In this document: one piece after another, positions 38,601 through 50,565 of the stretch | Position numbering within the stretch: position 1 is the first letter of the stretch | How the letters are laid out: each line of letters starts with the position of its first letter | From: Nemertoderma westbladi | Taxonomy: Eukaryota > Animalia > Xenacoelomorpha | Direction: 5' to 3' | NCBI GenBank assembly: GCA_032718475.1 | Contig: JAUCBJ010007711.1 | Coordinates: 1-64,000 of the forward strand | DNA length: 64,000 nucleotides | The notes under the pieces: generated by a model | What the model saw: only the letters and a program-made list of their open reading frames with translations | What the model was told of the DNA's origin: nothing | Database searches by the model: none | Made by a program: the position numbers and the translations under genes

Positions 38601-40482
38601 ATCAAATACATCGACATAGCGGTAAAGAATGTCCTGAAATTTACTACGATCTGATGGGGATAGTAAGTTATCAGGGTCAAGTTGTAGTGAGCTGAGAATA
38701 TTTTGAGTGGTGACACTGTGGTTGTCAGATAGGGAATGTGGTACCTGAGTTGGACGCAACTGACTCTCGGGAACATCTGCAGAAGGAGTAGCAACACACA
38801 CATGGCTGTTGCGTTGGATACGGATTGGGTAGTTTGTTTCATTTGGGATATGAATCACATTTGAAGTGCTGGATAAACACATTGGTGAGAACCATGGTTC
38901 GTTATTACCACTATTGGGATCAATATGAGGAGAAATATATATGTTGGGAGTATCACGTAACGAATCAGGGACTTCTAACTCTAAGGAGCTCTGGGGCCAT
39001 ACAATTGATAAATGAGATGGAGCCCTTAGCAGTGGTGAAGAAATTGATGTTTGACGAACAGATGTTCTATGGTGGGATCTAGGCAGGTCAGCGGAGTACT
39101 TAAACTGGCTACCATCTTGAAAAGTGATGAGTTGGAGTGAAGTGCGTAAGCTTATATCGTTTCGGCAAAGAAATGGTGCCCCACCAAGCACATCATACCC
39201 TAAGTTACTAACTACAAGGGCATCAAAGGAAAAGGATAAGTTACCACGAGTAAATGTGGTGAAAATCTCGCCGACAACTCCGAGCCTGGATACACCATCA
39301 GCTTGACTAGGGATCTGTTGGGAATTTGGATATATGGGTATGTCCAAATTCTTTAGAAAGGTGGAGTTAATTAGGTTAGATTCTGCACCAGAATCAAGTA
39401 TCATGCGTAGTGGTGTAGACTGAAAGTGTAAGTCAACATAAGGGGATCTGACAACACTGACACGGGATATGGCTGGGGGGTCATCCACTGTACATTCCAA
39501 CATATCTTGGTGAATGTCAGTATCCTCATCAATAACCTCAATGGTTCGAGTGCGGACCAAAAATCGTTTATCCTGGTCTGGAAGGAAGTGGCATTGGCTG
39601 AGAAAATGTGTAAAATCACTGCGACCAGCCTGTTTGCATAGTGGGCAAATTTTTTGCATGCGAGGTTGTTCATGTGTTTGTGGCCGAAAGGGCTTGGGGG
39701 CAGTAGGTCTATGTGAATATTGTTGTGGGCGACTAGAAGTGGATCGCATAGTACGTACTTCATCGCTAGCTTGGAGCTCGTCTAATAAGGATGGGAGAGC
39801 CTGAGAAATCTCAGATTTTATGGAAGACAGAGTCTGATGTCGCAATTCTGTACCATAACGCTGTTTAACTAGCTTTGGTAAATCGTTGTTGATTAATCGT
39901 AACCAAGTAAGAACAACAAGGTTTTCAACAGTAGGACATAATTCCTCATCTTCAGGAATGGGGACCCCATGGTGAGAAATGCCACCATCCTTTTTAAGCA
40001 AATTGTCATCTACAAAGGCTACCAATCTTTGGTATAGATCCTCTGGTTTTTCATCATATTCAAGCTTAATGGATGCTAGGTCCAAAAAATGTGCACCAGA
40101 GATTTGAAATCCAAAGTGCAAACGTATGGTATTCCAGATAGATTGGAGAGAAGTGGACGTTTTAACTATTGAATTTCTAGATACAATGGGGCAATAATTT
40201 GCTATTTGCCCTAGCATAAGTTCTAGGGTTACTACCTTTTGTGCTGCAGTGCGGCGCGATGTAGCAGGAATATCAGTCCCATCATCCACAAAGCCACGGG
40301 TAGGAGAAAGGCGAGATTTCTTTTCCCAGTGGGCAGAATCAAGGGTGAATGGGGGCAAAGGCTGGGTCTAAAGCTAAAGTGTATAAAAGATTCTGTCTCC
40401 ATGTTTCAAAGGTATTAATGGTTTCAACTTTAGAGAGAGGTATAATTTTTGGAGTACGTAGGGAACCTGTCGCTGTGGACAT
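35670..40482 (-). pseudogene. Gypsy gag-pol polyprotein (single frame, three lesions)
   Basis: ATG 40482; +1 slip in G-run ~40351-40355; gag LELMLGQIANYCP; protease LDSGAES; in-frame TGA at 38367-38369 and 38142-38144; RT LADD; RNase H VTDAA/CELEAL/SDSKP; integrase H..H..CHQC and D-D-E (AADVI, RVDP, AERAI). Confidence 0.9.
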
Positions 40483-40961
40483 ATCGGTGTTCTATGCGGA
40501 TACTGGATATCGGTACCAGGAGCTTTTTTTTGTGGTAGGTACTGGGGTACCGGTATATGTAGTAATAATGCTAAGTAGAGTCGGACTGGCAGACTGAGCT
40601 GTACGACGTATATCAGTCAGTATATCGATGTTTACATAGACAGGCAACTGTGAACTGATAAGATAGGTATGGTTATCCAGCAGTCCGGTAAGGACGGTAA
40701 TTATTGTCTGTGAATCCGAATCTGGTTATGGCTAGGCCCTATAGGTAATATTCACACAGTTTGGTTGTTGGTTGTCAGTTGGCTCAACCAGCAACCGGTA
40801 GTGGTAAGTAGTACAGTTCTGGGTTAGTTCTGCAGTTGAGACGCGGTATTAGGTAGGCCTATATCACAGCCTATGATTTAGGCTACGACGGTAAGAAGAT
40901 ATACCTGCTGACCTGTATGCCATATGCTGACGCACTTGTCGAGTAAGGCGAGGCAAAGTAT

Positions 40962-40972
40962 CGCTGCCACCA
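40962..40972 (-). promoter_or_regulatory. Primer-binding site (tRNA-Leu-like)
   Basis: TGGTGGCAGCG immediately after the 5' LTR; complementary to a ...CGCTGCCACCA tRNA 3' end. Confidence 0.75.
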
Positions 40973-41210
40973 CGCCAATAAGTGGTAAGAGGTAATACTC
41001 CAATATGCAATAGGTGAAAACACAACAGGTAAGGCAGTAAGGCCTGAAGGTATATTGGTAATGCAATACAGCAGTAGTGTTGCTCAAGCGTCAACTGACA
41101 GACGTACCGGTAAGATGATAAAACCAAACCATAAGGCCAGATAAGGCCATGCCAAAACTATCCTACATGTAGTAATACATAAACAAACATGAGGCCAAAG
41201 GCCCATGGCG
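40973..41210 (-). repeat. 5' LTR of Gypsy element
   Basis: Direct repeat of 35208-35447, followed directly by the PBS. Confidence 0.92.
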
Positions 41211-41611
41211 CATTTAAAAAATAAAAGTGGCGATATATTTGTATTTAAATTAATCGCCGGTCTTCCCTCTATAAGAAAAATGTTCATTTGAAAAAAATGA
41301 TTGCATTTATATTCAACCAGGGGGCCCAACATAGAGTTAGGTAGGGGTCGGCTAGCTAGCTTGTTTTTGGCCTGTAGTTCTAGAATGCAAATTAGCTATA
41401 CCGATCACCAACTGTGTTCTGACGTCTAACATGGTCCTCCATCCAAAAATAATAGTCTCGTTAATTTACCGAAGGTATTGCGCTTAACGCCGCTAGAGCC
41501 CGTACTATGCAGCTCTGCACTGTCTGACTATGTGTTAAGCTTTAAGCTAACGGCAAACGGCTTTAAAAATGGTTATAAGAATACAAATTATGAACCAGTA
41601 CCGATATGTAA

Positions 41612-43694
41612 GGAAGCAGGACAATTCGGTCCGGACAATTCGGTCCCGGACAATTCGGTCCCGGACAATTCGGTCCCATTAATTTTGTGTTTTGGGACCG
41701 AATTGTCCGGGACCGAATTGTCCGGGACCGAATTGTCCGGGATCGAATTGTCCGGATACTGACTAGGACAATTCGGTCCCAAAACATGCATATTAATGGG
41801 ACCGAATTGTCCGGGACCGAATTGTCCGGGACCAAATTGTCCGGGACCGAATTGTCCGGGACCGAATTGTCCGGGACCGAATTGTCCAGGACCGAATTGT
41901 CCGCGACCAAATTTAATTGGTACTATATAATGGTGAATGTTCTAGAACCTTAATATATATTATTATATGGTAGCTAGTAGAGTTGAAACAGAGACATGTT
42001 TTTCTTAATCCCGGTAAACCAGAGCCCTATCCGGAGAATTATTTTGAAAAATACCGGAGACCAGAGCCGGAGATCAGAGACTTGGCTTATTTTTGTACTT
42101 ACAATCTGATTACTCCCCTATAGCACAAACAGGTACAAACGGACTGATAACTATTTTTCTATGGTTGAATTACAGTAACTCCAACCAATTTCAACCCTCA
42201 CCTATTGTAAGTAAATAAGTGCTCGTACAGTTTGGGGGGATTAATTAATATTAATTTGGTTATTTGTTTATTAGTTCGTTCTTATTTTGTTATTGTTAAT
42301 AATATGTTACATAATTTTATTTTGCGCCATAGGTACCGGTACTTTGTTAATTAAAGGCACTTATTTTACAATTGTTCAAATCATATACATTCTCAATGTA
42401 CTATAAACTTAGTCATTTACGAATACTTAGTGCACAGGTATAGTACTCTACTCGCCCCATTTACAAGCCTCGTTACGCTCGTTCTCTCCATTTGGTCGTC
42501 ATATTATCTATCCTATAACAAATTGAATGGAGAACAGCCCTTTCTTTCAGTTTTAAACATTAGGAGTGCCCAAATTAGCACCTTTATCCTTAAATAAGAA
42601 CGACCTTTAGGTGCTAATTTAACTTAAAATTAAACGCACCTTAAATTAATTAAATAGAAGATTATCGGTACATTTATTAGAAATAGTGTAAAAGTTAATA
42701 TATAATTGTGTTGAAGTGGTGTATGAAAAATAGTTAAAACTTAAAGTTATAATTAATTGTAAAAAATTTGTGAAAAATTATCTTTATTTCACATTTTGTG
42801 TTGCACAGGATCTATTTTTACATAACTAATTCTAATTTGTAAAATCACTGATCTCTGGGTGAAATGTCTGTTTTCAATACCCGGGAACCAGAGACCTATC
42901 CGGAGACCAAAAAATAGCCCGGAGAATCCAGAGAACAGAGATCAGTTACAAGTCTCTGTTTCAACTCTAGTAGCTAGTGTTTTTTTTACTAGCTAGTACA
43001 GTATTTTTTTAAAAATAAAAAAATTTTACTTTTTTTTGTTAACATTATTATTTATGGTAGCTATGGTGTTTTTATGGAGCTTGTGAATTATTTACTAGCT
43101 AGTAATAGTATGTATTTAAAATGTTTAAAGGTGATTTTTTTTATATACTGCGTAAGTATAATGTACAGTATTTTGTTGTTGGTTGGTAACAAGCCTAAAT
43201 TATTATCCTAGATAATAGCTGGATCTCATTCAGGGACTGTTATAATATCATCAATATTTTTGGTAATTAATATAATCAGCAACAGTTTAGGCCTAATTCT
43301 GAAATATCAATGTTTTCACAAGTATTTTTATAATTTCAAGGAAATACTAGCTAGCTAGTAAAAAAAAACACTAGCTACACCTTAATAAATAATATATAAT
43401 AATGTTCTCGAACACTACCAATAACAAAAATAAAAAAAATACAGTATTTTTAAAATTTCAAAAAATTCTAGCAAGTAGGACAATTCGGTCCCGGACAATT
43501 CGGTCCCGGACAATTCGGTCCCGGACAATTCGGTCCTAGGATAATTCGGTCCGGACAATTCGGCCCCGGACAATTCGGTCCCGGACAATTCGGTCCCATT
43601 TATTTAGAGTTTTGGGACCGAATTGTCCGGGACCGAATTGTCCGGGACCGAATTGTCCGGACCGAATTGTCCGGGACCGAATTGTCCTACATCC
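41612..43694. mobile_element. MULE-like MITE with 15-bp subterminal repeats
   Basis: 9-bp TSD GATATGTAA (41603-41611, 43695-43703); GG..CC ends; GGACAATTCGGTCCC arrays in both orientations at 41619-41910 and 43478-43688. Confidence 0.85.
41978..42969. mobile_element. hAT-family MITE nested in the MULE-like MITE
   Basis: TIR TAGAGTTGAAACAGAGAC/GTCTCTGTTTCAACTCTA; 8-bp TSD GTAGCTAG (41970-41977, 42970-42977). Confidence 0.85.
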
Positions 43695-43753
43695 GATATG
43701 TAAATAGCTTTAAATATTTTAGTAAATTTTAATATTGTAATTTATTCTTCTAG

Positions 43754-43938
43754 GCTGTTGTTGTTGTGTTGTGTAACATGGGTTTTGTAACCCCCGTTAC
43801 CATCTACTTCTGGTCTAAGGCTATGATGGCTAGGGGGTGTTCATTCGGTGCAGCAGACCTTCCCACATTCCCCTGGGTCTGTCTAGAATCTGTTGTGTTT
43901 ATGACAGTGGAGGAGATTGGATTTTATTACGTACACAG
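43754..43938 (+). CDS. FAXDC2: FAXDC2-like exon 2
   Basis: TTCTAG| acceptor phase 0; LPTFPW...EEIGFYYVHR; donor AG|GTACGG phase 2. Confidence 0.9.
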
Positions 43939-43962
43939 GTACGGATATCTATACATTACATG

Positions 43963-44711
43963 CACCATGTAATGGAATATAGTGTCCTCATTTTGGTACA
44001 TCTACCCCCCCCCCCCCTGATTTTTCTACAAATCTTAATAAGATTGCATGGAATTTAAGGCAGAGATAGTTTCACCTCCCTCCTCCTTAGTGGGTGAGCT
44101 ATAATTTTTAAAGCGATGTCACTATAGCTGTTCGTTGGTATCGTTAGAAAAGCTGGCCATGCAAGGATTCCAAATATGTAACACAATCTGAATTTCGTTT
44201 AAAAATAGCTGAGATATGAGCGTTCGAATCTTACATTCGAACTCTTACGTTCAAAGCTATTTTATTATATTCAATAAATGCAACATATTATGGAACTAGA
44301 ATATGGTTTATGTAATTAATAGAATAAAAGCGCCTCATGCAATGCAAAACCATGTCACATTCGAACCCCCATTCTACGACGAATTTCAGATTATGTTACA
44401 TATTTGGAATCCTTACACGGTCAGCTTTCTAACTGTACCAACAAATCACAATAAGGTTGAAGTTGAAGAATAACTGCGGTGTTACTGGTGCAATACCGTC
44501 GGAAACCTTTTTCAAACGATTGGATTGAGAGATTGAAAGCGAAAATAAAAAAAATTCTGGCTCACCCACTGAGGAGGAGGGAGATGAAACTATCTCTGTT
44601 TCAAATTTCATGTAAATCTCATTAAGATTTGTAGAAAAATTAGGGGGGGGGGGGGGGGGGGGGTGATACCAGAATAACGACGACACTGACACTATATTCC
44701 ATGATATGGTG
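43963..44711. mobile_element. Shorter copy of the CAC..GTG MITE family
   Basis: CACCATGTAATGGAATATAGTGTC...GACACTATATTCCATGATATGGTG; nearly all TIR; similar to 24093-25491. Confidence 0.75.
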
Positions 44712-46101
44712 CAATAATGCGCTAATGCTGACGGTATTGGTATCATAGATAAGGGTCGGGTGTTAATTATTTTTTTTAATCTATTTTTTGTTAAGGATTA
44801 ATTATTTGTTATGTCATATTTTTTGTCTCCATATAATTATTGTGGCTCTATTGTGGCTAGAAGGGCTAGGCTGATTTTTTTTATTCGTAAACGAAATTTA
44901 AAAACTGAAACTTCTTTGTTCACATGAGTTTTCAGTTCGGAAGCCACACAATAGATCCATCAGAACCACCATAAATTACACAGCCACACTGCGACTTACT
45001 ACATTCTTTATCCTTAAGGATTTCAAACATGAAAACCGCAAGTAAGATGTCTCTTAGTTATCTCTGTTTGTCCGTGTGTCAATGGCACAAAATTACTGCA
45101 ATCACCAACAATTAATTTAATGTAATTTAAAACATTAAGGGAACGGAGCAGGTTATAGTGGGGGTGTTTTCTAACCAAAACAATAAACGAAAATGATTTT
45201 CACTTGCGGTCATCATGTGTACCCATACGTTATTAACCAACCAGACCCCATACTGGAATTTTTGCGCGGGAAGGTTTAAACTTTGAATTCAATTATCTCA
45301 GAATGACGGTTTTCATTTTCAAATTATAGCTCCTACGCTAATTTTCTTTATTTTTGACTCATTCGAATGGGTTTGGCAGTTTTATTAAAGTTTAAGTTAT
45401 CTAATGGAATTTTTATAAATATTTCTAATTTGCGTAATTAGATGTTTAAATTTTTTATTGATTATTTGATTTTAATTAAAATTACTAAATTTAAAATCTA
45501 TAAGATAACTTTTGTAGATTCGATGGTGATGAGTCCAAAAAAGTAGGTTTCAAGAAATTAGGACTAAGATTGAGTGAGTACGGTAGTAGCGTTTATATGG
45601 TGAAATATTTAATTCCGCCATCAGCCGCTAGAGGGTGGGGGGGGGGGGGGATTCCCCAAATTTTGGTACCCCCCCCCCCCCCCCCCCCCCCCCTCCTCCT
45701 CCACCTTAAATAAATTTTCTAGACATTTTAAATATTAAATTTTTTTTTAATCTTTTTTTTTTTTTTTTTCTTACTTTACTACTCTACTAAAGTTGCTACT
45801 AAAATGTGTTATACTGTATATATCAGAGTTGAAGGGTTCGTTATTTGCAATATTTACTGATAACATATTCTTCGTCTCGTTACATAAGATGCTTCCATAT
45901 TGTCCTATTTCAAGTTTCAACCTGATCAGCGCACAATCCAGGTGTTGGTTGACCTTCATCGTATATAAATGATCTCACCCTTTATCTTTCTTTGTTAATA
46001 TAATAAATAACCTGCAGTTATCTCTGCTGCAATCACAAATAAATGCAAAGCCAACTAATAGTTTATCTTAATTTCTTTAAATTAATTAAAGTGAATGTAT
46101 T

Positions 46102-46596
46102 TTAGTATCTTTTCCTGACTGCTACTCTATAGCGGTGCGGCATAAAGACGAAAGCGGGGCCGTCGTTAGTTGGCGAGATATCTGGTGGGGGGCTTTCTGG
46201 TGCGGGGGTGAACTCGTATCTGTGTAGCAGACAGCTGAGTAGCGTATACAGTTCGGGTTTAGCGATCCCTTCCCCTAGGCATATCCGTCGACCTGCGGAG
46301 AATGGGATAAACCCTTCGGTGTAACTCATCAGGAATTCTCCGTCGACTATAAACCGATCGGGGTTAAACACTTCCGGGTTTTTCCATCTCTTGTTGTCGT
46401 AATGGACCGCGTATATATTGGGGAGGACCATGGTGCCCTTGGGGAGTCTGTAGCCGAGTAGTTCTACGTCCTGGGTGGTGGCGTGCGGCACAGTGAGGGG
46501 GGCCACCGTGCCGTAGCGTAGCAGTTCGTGGATTGTGGCCATGGTGTAGGGCAGTCGTGGCATCTGTCCCAGTTGAGGTAATCCGTCCGGCCCCAC
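46102..46596 (-). CDS. Cytochrome P450 (clan 2, CYP17/CYP1/CYP2-like), exon 3 of 3
   Basis: CTAG|GTG acceptor phase 0; ExxR (ELLR), PDRF meander, heme motif FSAGRRICLG; stop at 46102-46104. Confidence 0.93.
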   Translation of the reverse strand: MGPDGLPQLGQMPRLPYTMATIHELLRYGTVAPLTVPHATTQDVELLGYRLPKGTMVLPNIYAVHYDNKRWKNPEVFNPDRFIVDGEFLMSYTEGFIPFSAGRRICLGEGIAKPELYTLLSCLLHRYEFTPAPESPPPDISPTNDGPAFVFMPHRYRVAVRKRY

Positions 46597-47736
46597 CTAG
46601 AGTAGAAAAATATTTATATTATTTGTTTTAACAACTATAATATTGAATAAATATGTTATGTAAACAGCAGGTTTTTAAAAAATAATGTTTTTTTTTTCAA
46701 AAACTACAAAACAACTGTTTTTTAGTTTTTTTATGTACCGGGTATTTAAAATGTGTAGACCCATTTTTTTAAGGAATAACTTAGTTAGTAGTATGTTTAT
46801 GCTATTTAATTTCATACTGCATCGTCCAATGCCTGCCATTTAGAAATTTTGCCCAACTCAATCAATAATTTCAAACTTAAAAACAAAATGTGAAAATTCT
46901 AATCATTATAGCGTATAGGTATTAAATCCAAAAATACAAAAAAAACTGTTTTATTTAAAAACTACATAACAAAAAAAAAACAAAAAAAAAACAAAAAAAA
47001 GACCAAGCAGTTGAAAAAAAACAATTCCAAATCCTGGTACACATGTCTGTGGCCATGCTCCTTGGTGCTGTTGTAGCATAATACTGTGGGCTGAGAGACG
47101 GAGTAAGGGCTATTCGCATACGGGTACGCTGTTTCAACCGTTGTTTCTCTGTTTGTCGGCAAATGTTTGAATGCCAATAGCTAAGTAAATCATTGTGAAA
47201 TTAAACCAAATATTGTTGTTAAATGTTTGAAATAGAATTTGTGTGGAGGGACTGACCAGTTCTCCTGTCTTTTGCTGGAGGGCGACAACCCCAAACAGTT
47301 GAAATAGTTGTACCCCCGTATGCTGAACTTCCTCACTTCGTCCTGCGGGAAACCCCTGAGAACCATTTATCTCTCACACACGCACAACACACCCCAGCCC
47401 ACACCTATGCAATTGGAAAACGGCACTAGTGTATTTATAACCGCTGCCTGATTGATGGCTTAATGATTTTAATCGCCATCCAATTGACTTTGGATGACTA
47501 CCGGTATCATATTTAAAATATTTTGTTAGAAATGTGAAGAGCTATCATAATCAATATCTCCACACCACACAGTCAACTATTGGGTTAAACAATTTGAAAT
47601 GTTTATTCTTTAAATGATTTCAGAGCCTTAAATTCCTGGAAGAGATGAGTATGGGTGATATGTGTGATATTTTTATTACCTCTGCCTAACGTCTGTGTGT
47701 GTTTCTGCATGCAGCCTTGCGTCGCTTCTTACTTAC

Positions 47737-48258
47737 CTCTCCGTATAACTCCGTCGCACAGCGTTCCTGTACATCGCCGTGAGTGGCCAATAAGGCGACC
47801 CCCCAGTAGAGGAGTCTGTGGGTCGTGTCTATACCCGCACCAAAAGTATCCGATATGATATGCTTCAGTACCAAGTCTGAGAAATGTCCTTTGCTGGTGT
47901 CTGCATGTTTCTGTTCGTATATCAGATAGTCTGTGAGATCCTTCAAATAATCTTCGTCAAAGTTTTCTTTATGTTCTGTGATCTCTTCTTGAATGAAATC
48001 AAAGAATTCTTTCATGGATTTCTTGAGTAGATTCTGATTGTTTGATGGAATGTAGCGGAATATCGGTATGTAGTCGGCTAGAAGTCCATTCCCGAATGCT
48101 TTCTCCAGGTCAACGAACAGGTAATGGGTTCGTTTAAATGTTTCATTTTGCGGGTCGTATATCTTGTTGAAACAAAGTCCTCCAATCGTGTTGAATACCA
48201 GTAACGACAGAAGTTCCTGGGGGTCGAACCCTTGTCTTTGGACCTTTTCGTCTATTGC
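47737..48258 (-). CDS. Cytochrome P450 exon 2 of 3
   Basis: TTTAG|GCA acceptor; 522-nt open exon with LADYIPIFRYIP and I-helix FGAGIDTT; GAG|GTAAGT donor phase 0. Confidence 0.9.
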
Positions 48259-48646
48259 CTAAATGATTGTTGGTTATTTTATTTTAAATCTAATAAGTGC
48301 TACAGGACAGTTAATTATTATTTACCTATAATTAATTGAGACAGAGGGGGTAGGTTGATTTAAATCCCAACTTGTCAAATTATTATCTCACTTTGGCGAA
48401 CTAACTATGTTAATTATCAATTAAGGGGAATGATCAGGTTACTCTGGGTCGTCATTTTAACCAAAACAATAAACGAAAGTCAATCGCACAGGTCACATTT
48501 ATCAATGCTATTTTTGCCTGATATTTTAGAGCTCAATTTTGATTGCGTTAAGATTTGACCAGATTTTATCCCACTCCATCTAGTTAAACTAGTGGAAAAG
48601 TTAGTCTTAAAGCAAAACTAGTCTTAAAATGAGAGGGACAGTTTAC

Positions 48647-49135
48647 CTTCTGATCGATGTTAGTTGCTATGGCTTCGAATGATTTCCTAGACAACTCCTC
48701 AATCTGATTCCTGGACGCGAATTGTTTGAATGCCGCGGCTGCGGTTTTCCTAAGAAACCTCCACTGAGGCGAGAAATCCGCCATTGTTATGTCGCTGTAA
48801 TTCTCGCTAAATATTTCCGCGGAATAAAGTTTCGGTCGCCCTGCGAATTCGTTCCCTTTACGGACCAAAGCCTCCCTGATCGAGTCTATATCGTTTAGCG
48901 TAACAATTTTGAAAAACGGCCCGAAAGACAACGTGATTATCGGACCCGCTTCCTTACTCCACTCCATTAGTGTCTGGTAGATTCGTTTATCTTTGTGTCC
49001 CGAGAATATGTTGCCTAGTAACGGCCAGCTGTGAGGCGCCGGAGGCATCTTGTATCTCAGCCGCCATTGGATGGTGTTCTCTATGTAGACAGCCAATATA
49101 AAAGTAAAAACCGCAACAGCTATTTGAAGTAACAT
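48647..49135 (-). CDS. Cytochrome P450 exon 1 of 3
   Basis: N-terminal membrane anchor, PPAPHSWPLLGN hinge, FAGRP, WxxxR (WRFLR); AAG|GTAAAC donor phase 0; spliced product ~501 aa. Confidence 0.92.
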
Positions 49136-49611
49136 GTTTATTTTTCGATTTTAATGAAACTATTTAAAACTATAGGGTAATATCATGTACCGTTATCGTA
49201 ATAATGCACTATAACAAAATATATGATAGATATAATGCATTGTTTACTTTACTTTCATTACTTTTACGTCAATTATAAAACACAAATTCCTTGGCACTTC
49301 GTGTGATGCCATTATAATTATTAAAATGATCTACATTTTGCCGCCAAATAATGAATTCGGTTATCTTATTATAATGAGTGACAAGATGGTTTGTATATCA
49401 ACCAGTTTGTTCATGTTGACATTTGGCTGATGATTTTATCCTAGTCGCCCTTTTAGTGTCCTTTAAAGGTCGTCGTGATATTATGTCTCAACCTTTGCTC
49501 CTGTCTCACGAGCGCGTATTCGGTTACCATGGAAATAGCAGGGTGAACAAGTATCAAGGTGAATTGGAAATAGCAGGGTGAACAAGTTTCAAGGTGAATT
49601 CTCCATAACAA

Positions 49612-50168
49612 AGTGATAGTTATGTAAATAAGTGTTAGTTATGTAAATAAGTGTTAGTTATGTAAATAAGTGATAGTTATGTAAATAAGTGTTAGTTATG
49701 TAAATAAGTGATAGTTATGTAAATAAGTGATAGTTATGTAAATAAGTGTTAGTTATGTAAATAAGTGTTAGTTATGTAAATAAGTGTTAGTTATGTAAAT
49801 AAGTGATAGTTATGTAAATAAGTGTTAGTTATGTAAATAAGTGATAGTTATGTAAATAAGTGATAGTTATGTAAATAAGTGTTAGTTATGTAAATAAGTG
49901 TTAGTTATGTAAATAAGTGTTAGTTATGTAAATAAGTGATAGTTATGTAAATAAGTGTTAGTTATGTAAATAAGTGTTAGTTATGTAAATAAGTGTTAGT
50001 TATGTAAATAAGTGATAGTTATGTAAATAAGTGTTAGTTATGTAAATAAGTGTTAGTTATGTAAATAAGTGATAGTTATGTAAATAAGTGTTAGTTATGT
50101 AAATAAGTGATAGTTATGTAAATAAGTGTTAGTTATGTAAATAAGTGATAGTTATGTAAATAAGTGAT
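49612..50168. repeat. 19-bp minisatellite (~29 copies)
   Basis: AGTTATGTAAATAAGTG(T/A)T, invariant except one alternating position. Confidence 0.95.
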
Positions 50169-50565
50169 GGGTATTTTTGGAAGGAATAGTTCATTCTCAC
50201 AGACTTATATACATTTTAAAACTTTCGTGCTTTTTTGACTCCGCCTGTAACACCGACAACGTCTGAAATGTGGTCTCATCATACTGATAGAATATTGAAA
50301 CTATATCACATCGTTAGATTTTTGTTTATTTATTATTAGTGTTATGGGTGAATGAATGGTTTTCATATAATTTCATAACTTTTGCTGGGCACAGCTTTGC
50401 AAAGACTGTTGGGCACACCGTCGTAGATATTATAGTACACCGTATCCCCTCCATTGAATTTACTTTATTTTACCGCGTTTTCGCGCCCAATAAAATTAAA
50501 TAAATGTTATTAAAAAATATTATTTTTTAAATTTATTTTTTTAATTAAATTTATTTATTTTCTAG

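Larger units (their letters stand above)
35208..41210 (-). mobile_element. Full-length Ty3/Gypsy LTR retrotransposon
   Basis: Two ~240-bp LTRs (35208-35447, 40973-41210), PBS next to the 5' LTR, purine tract before the 3' LTR, gag-PR-RT-RH-IN order. Confidence 0.95.
31083..41507. mobile_element. Academ-like DNA transposon, internally deleted, in FAXDC2 intron 1
   Basis: ~570-bp TIRs (31083-31652; 34931-35207 plus ~41214-41507), TAG..CTA ends, 3-bp TSD TGC (31080-31082, 41508-41510); right TIR split by a Gypsy insertion. Confidence 0.78.

Noticed and set aside
41478-41953. ORFs with DNSVP/GTELS/RDRIV repeats; CRISPR-like look
   Set aside because: Translations of a 15-bp subterminal MITE repeat; no unique spacers, no cas genes, eukaryotic context
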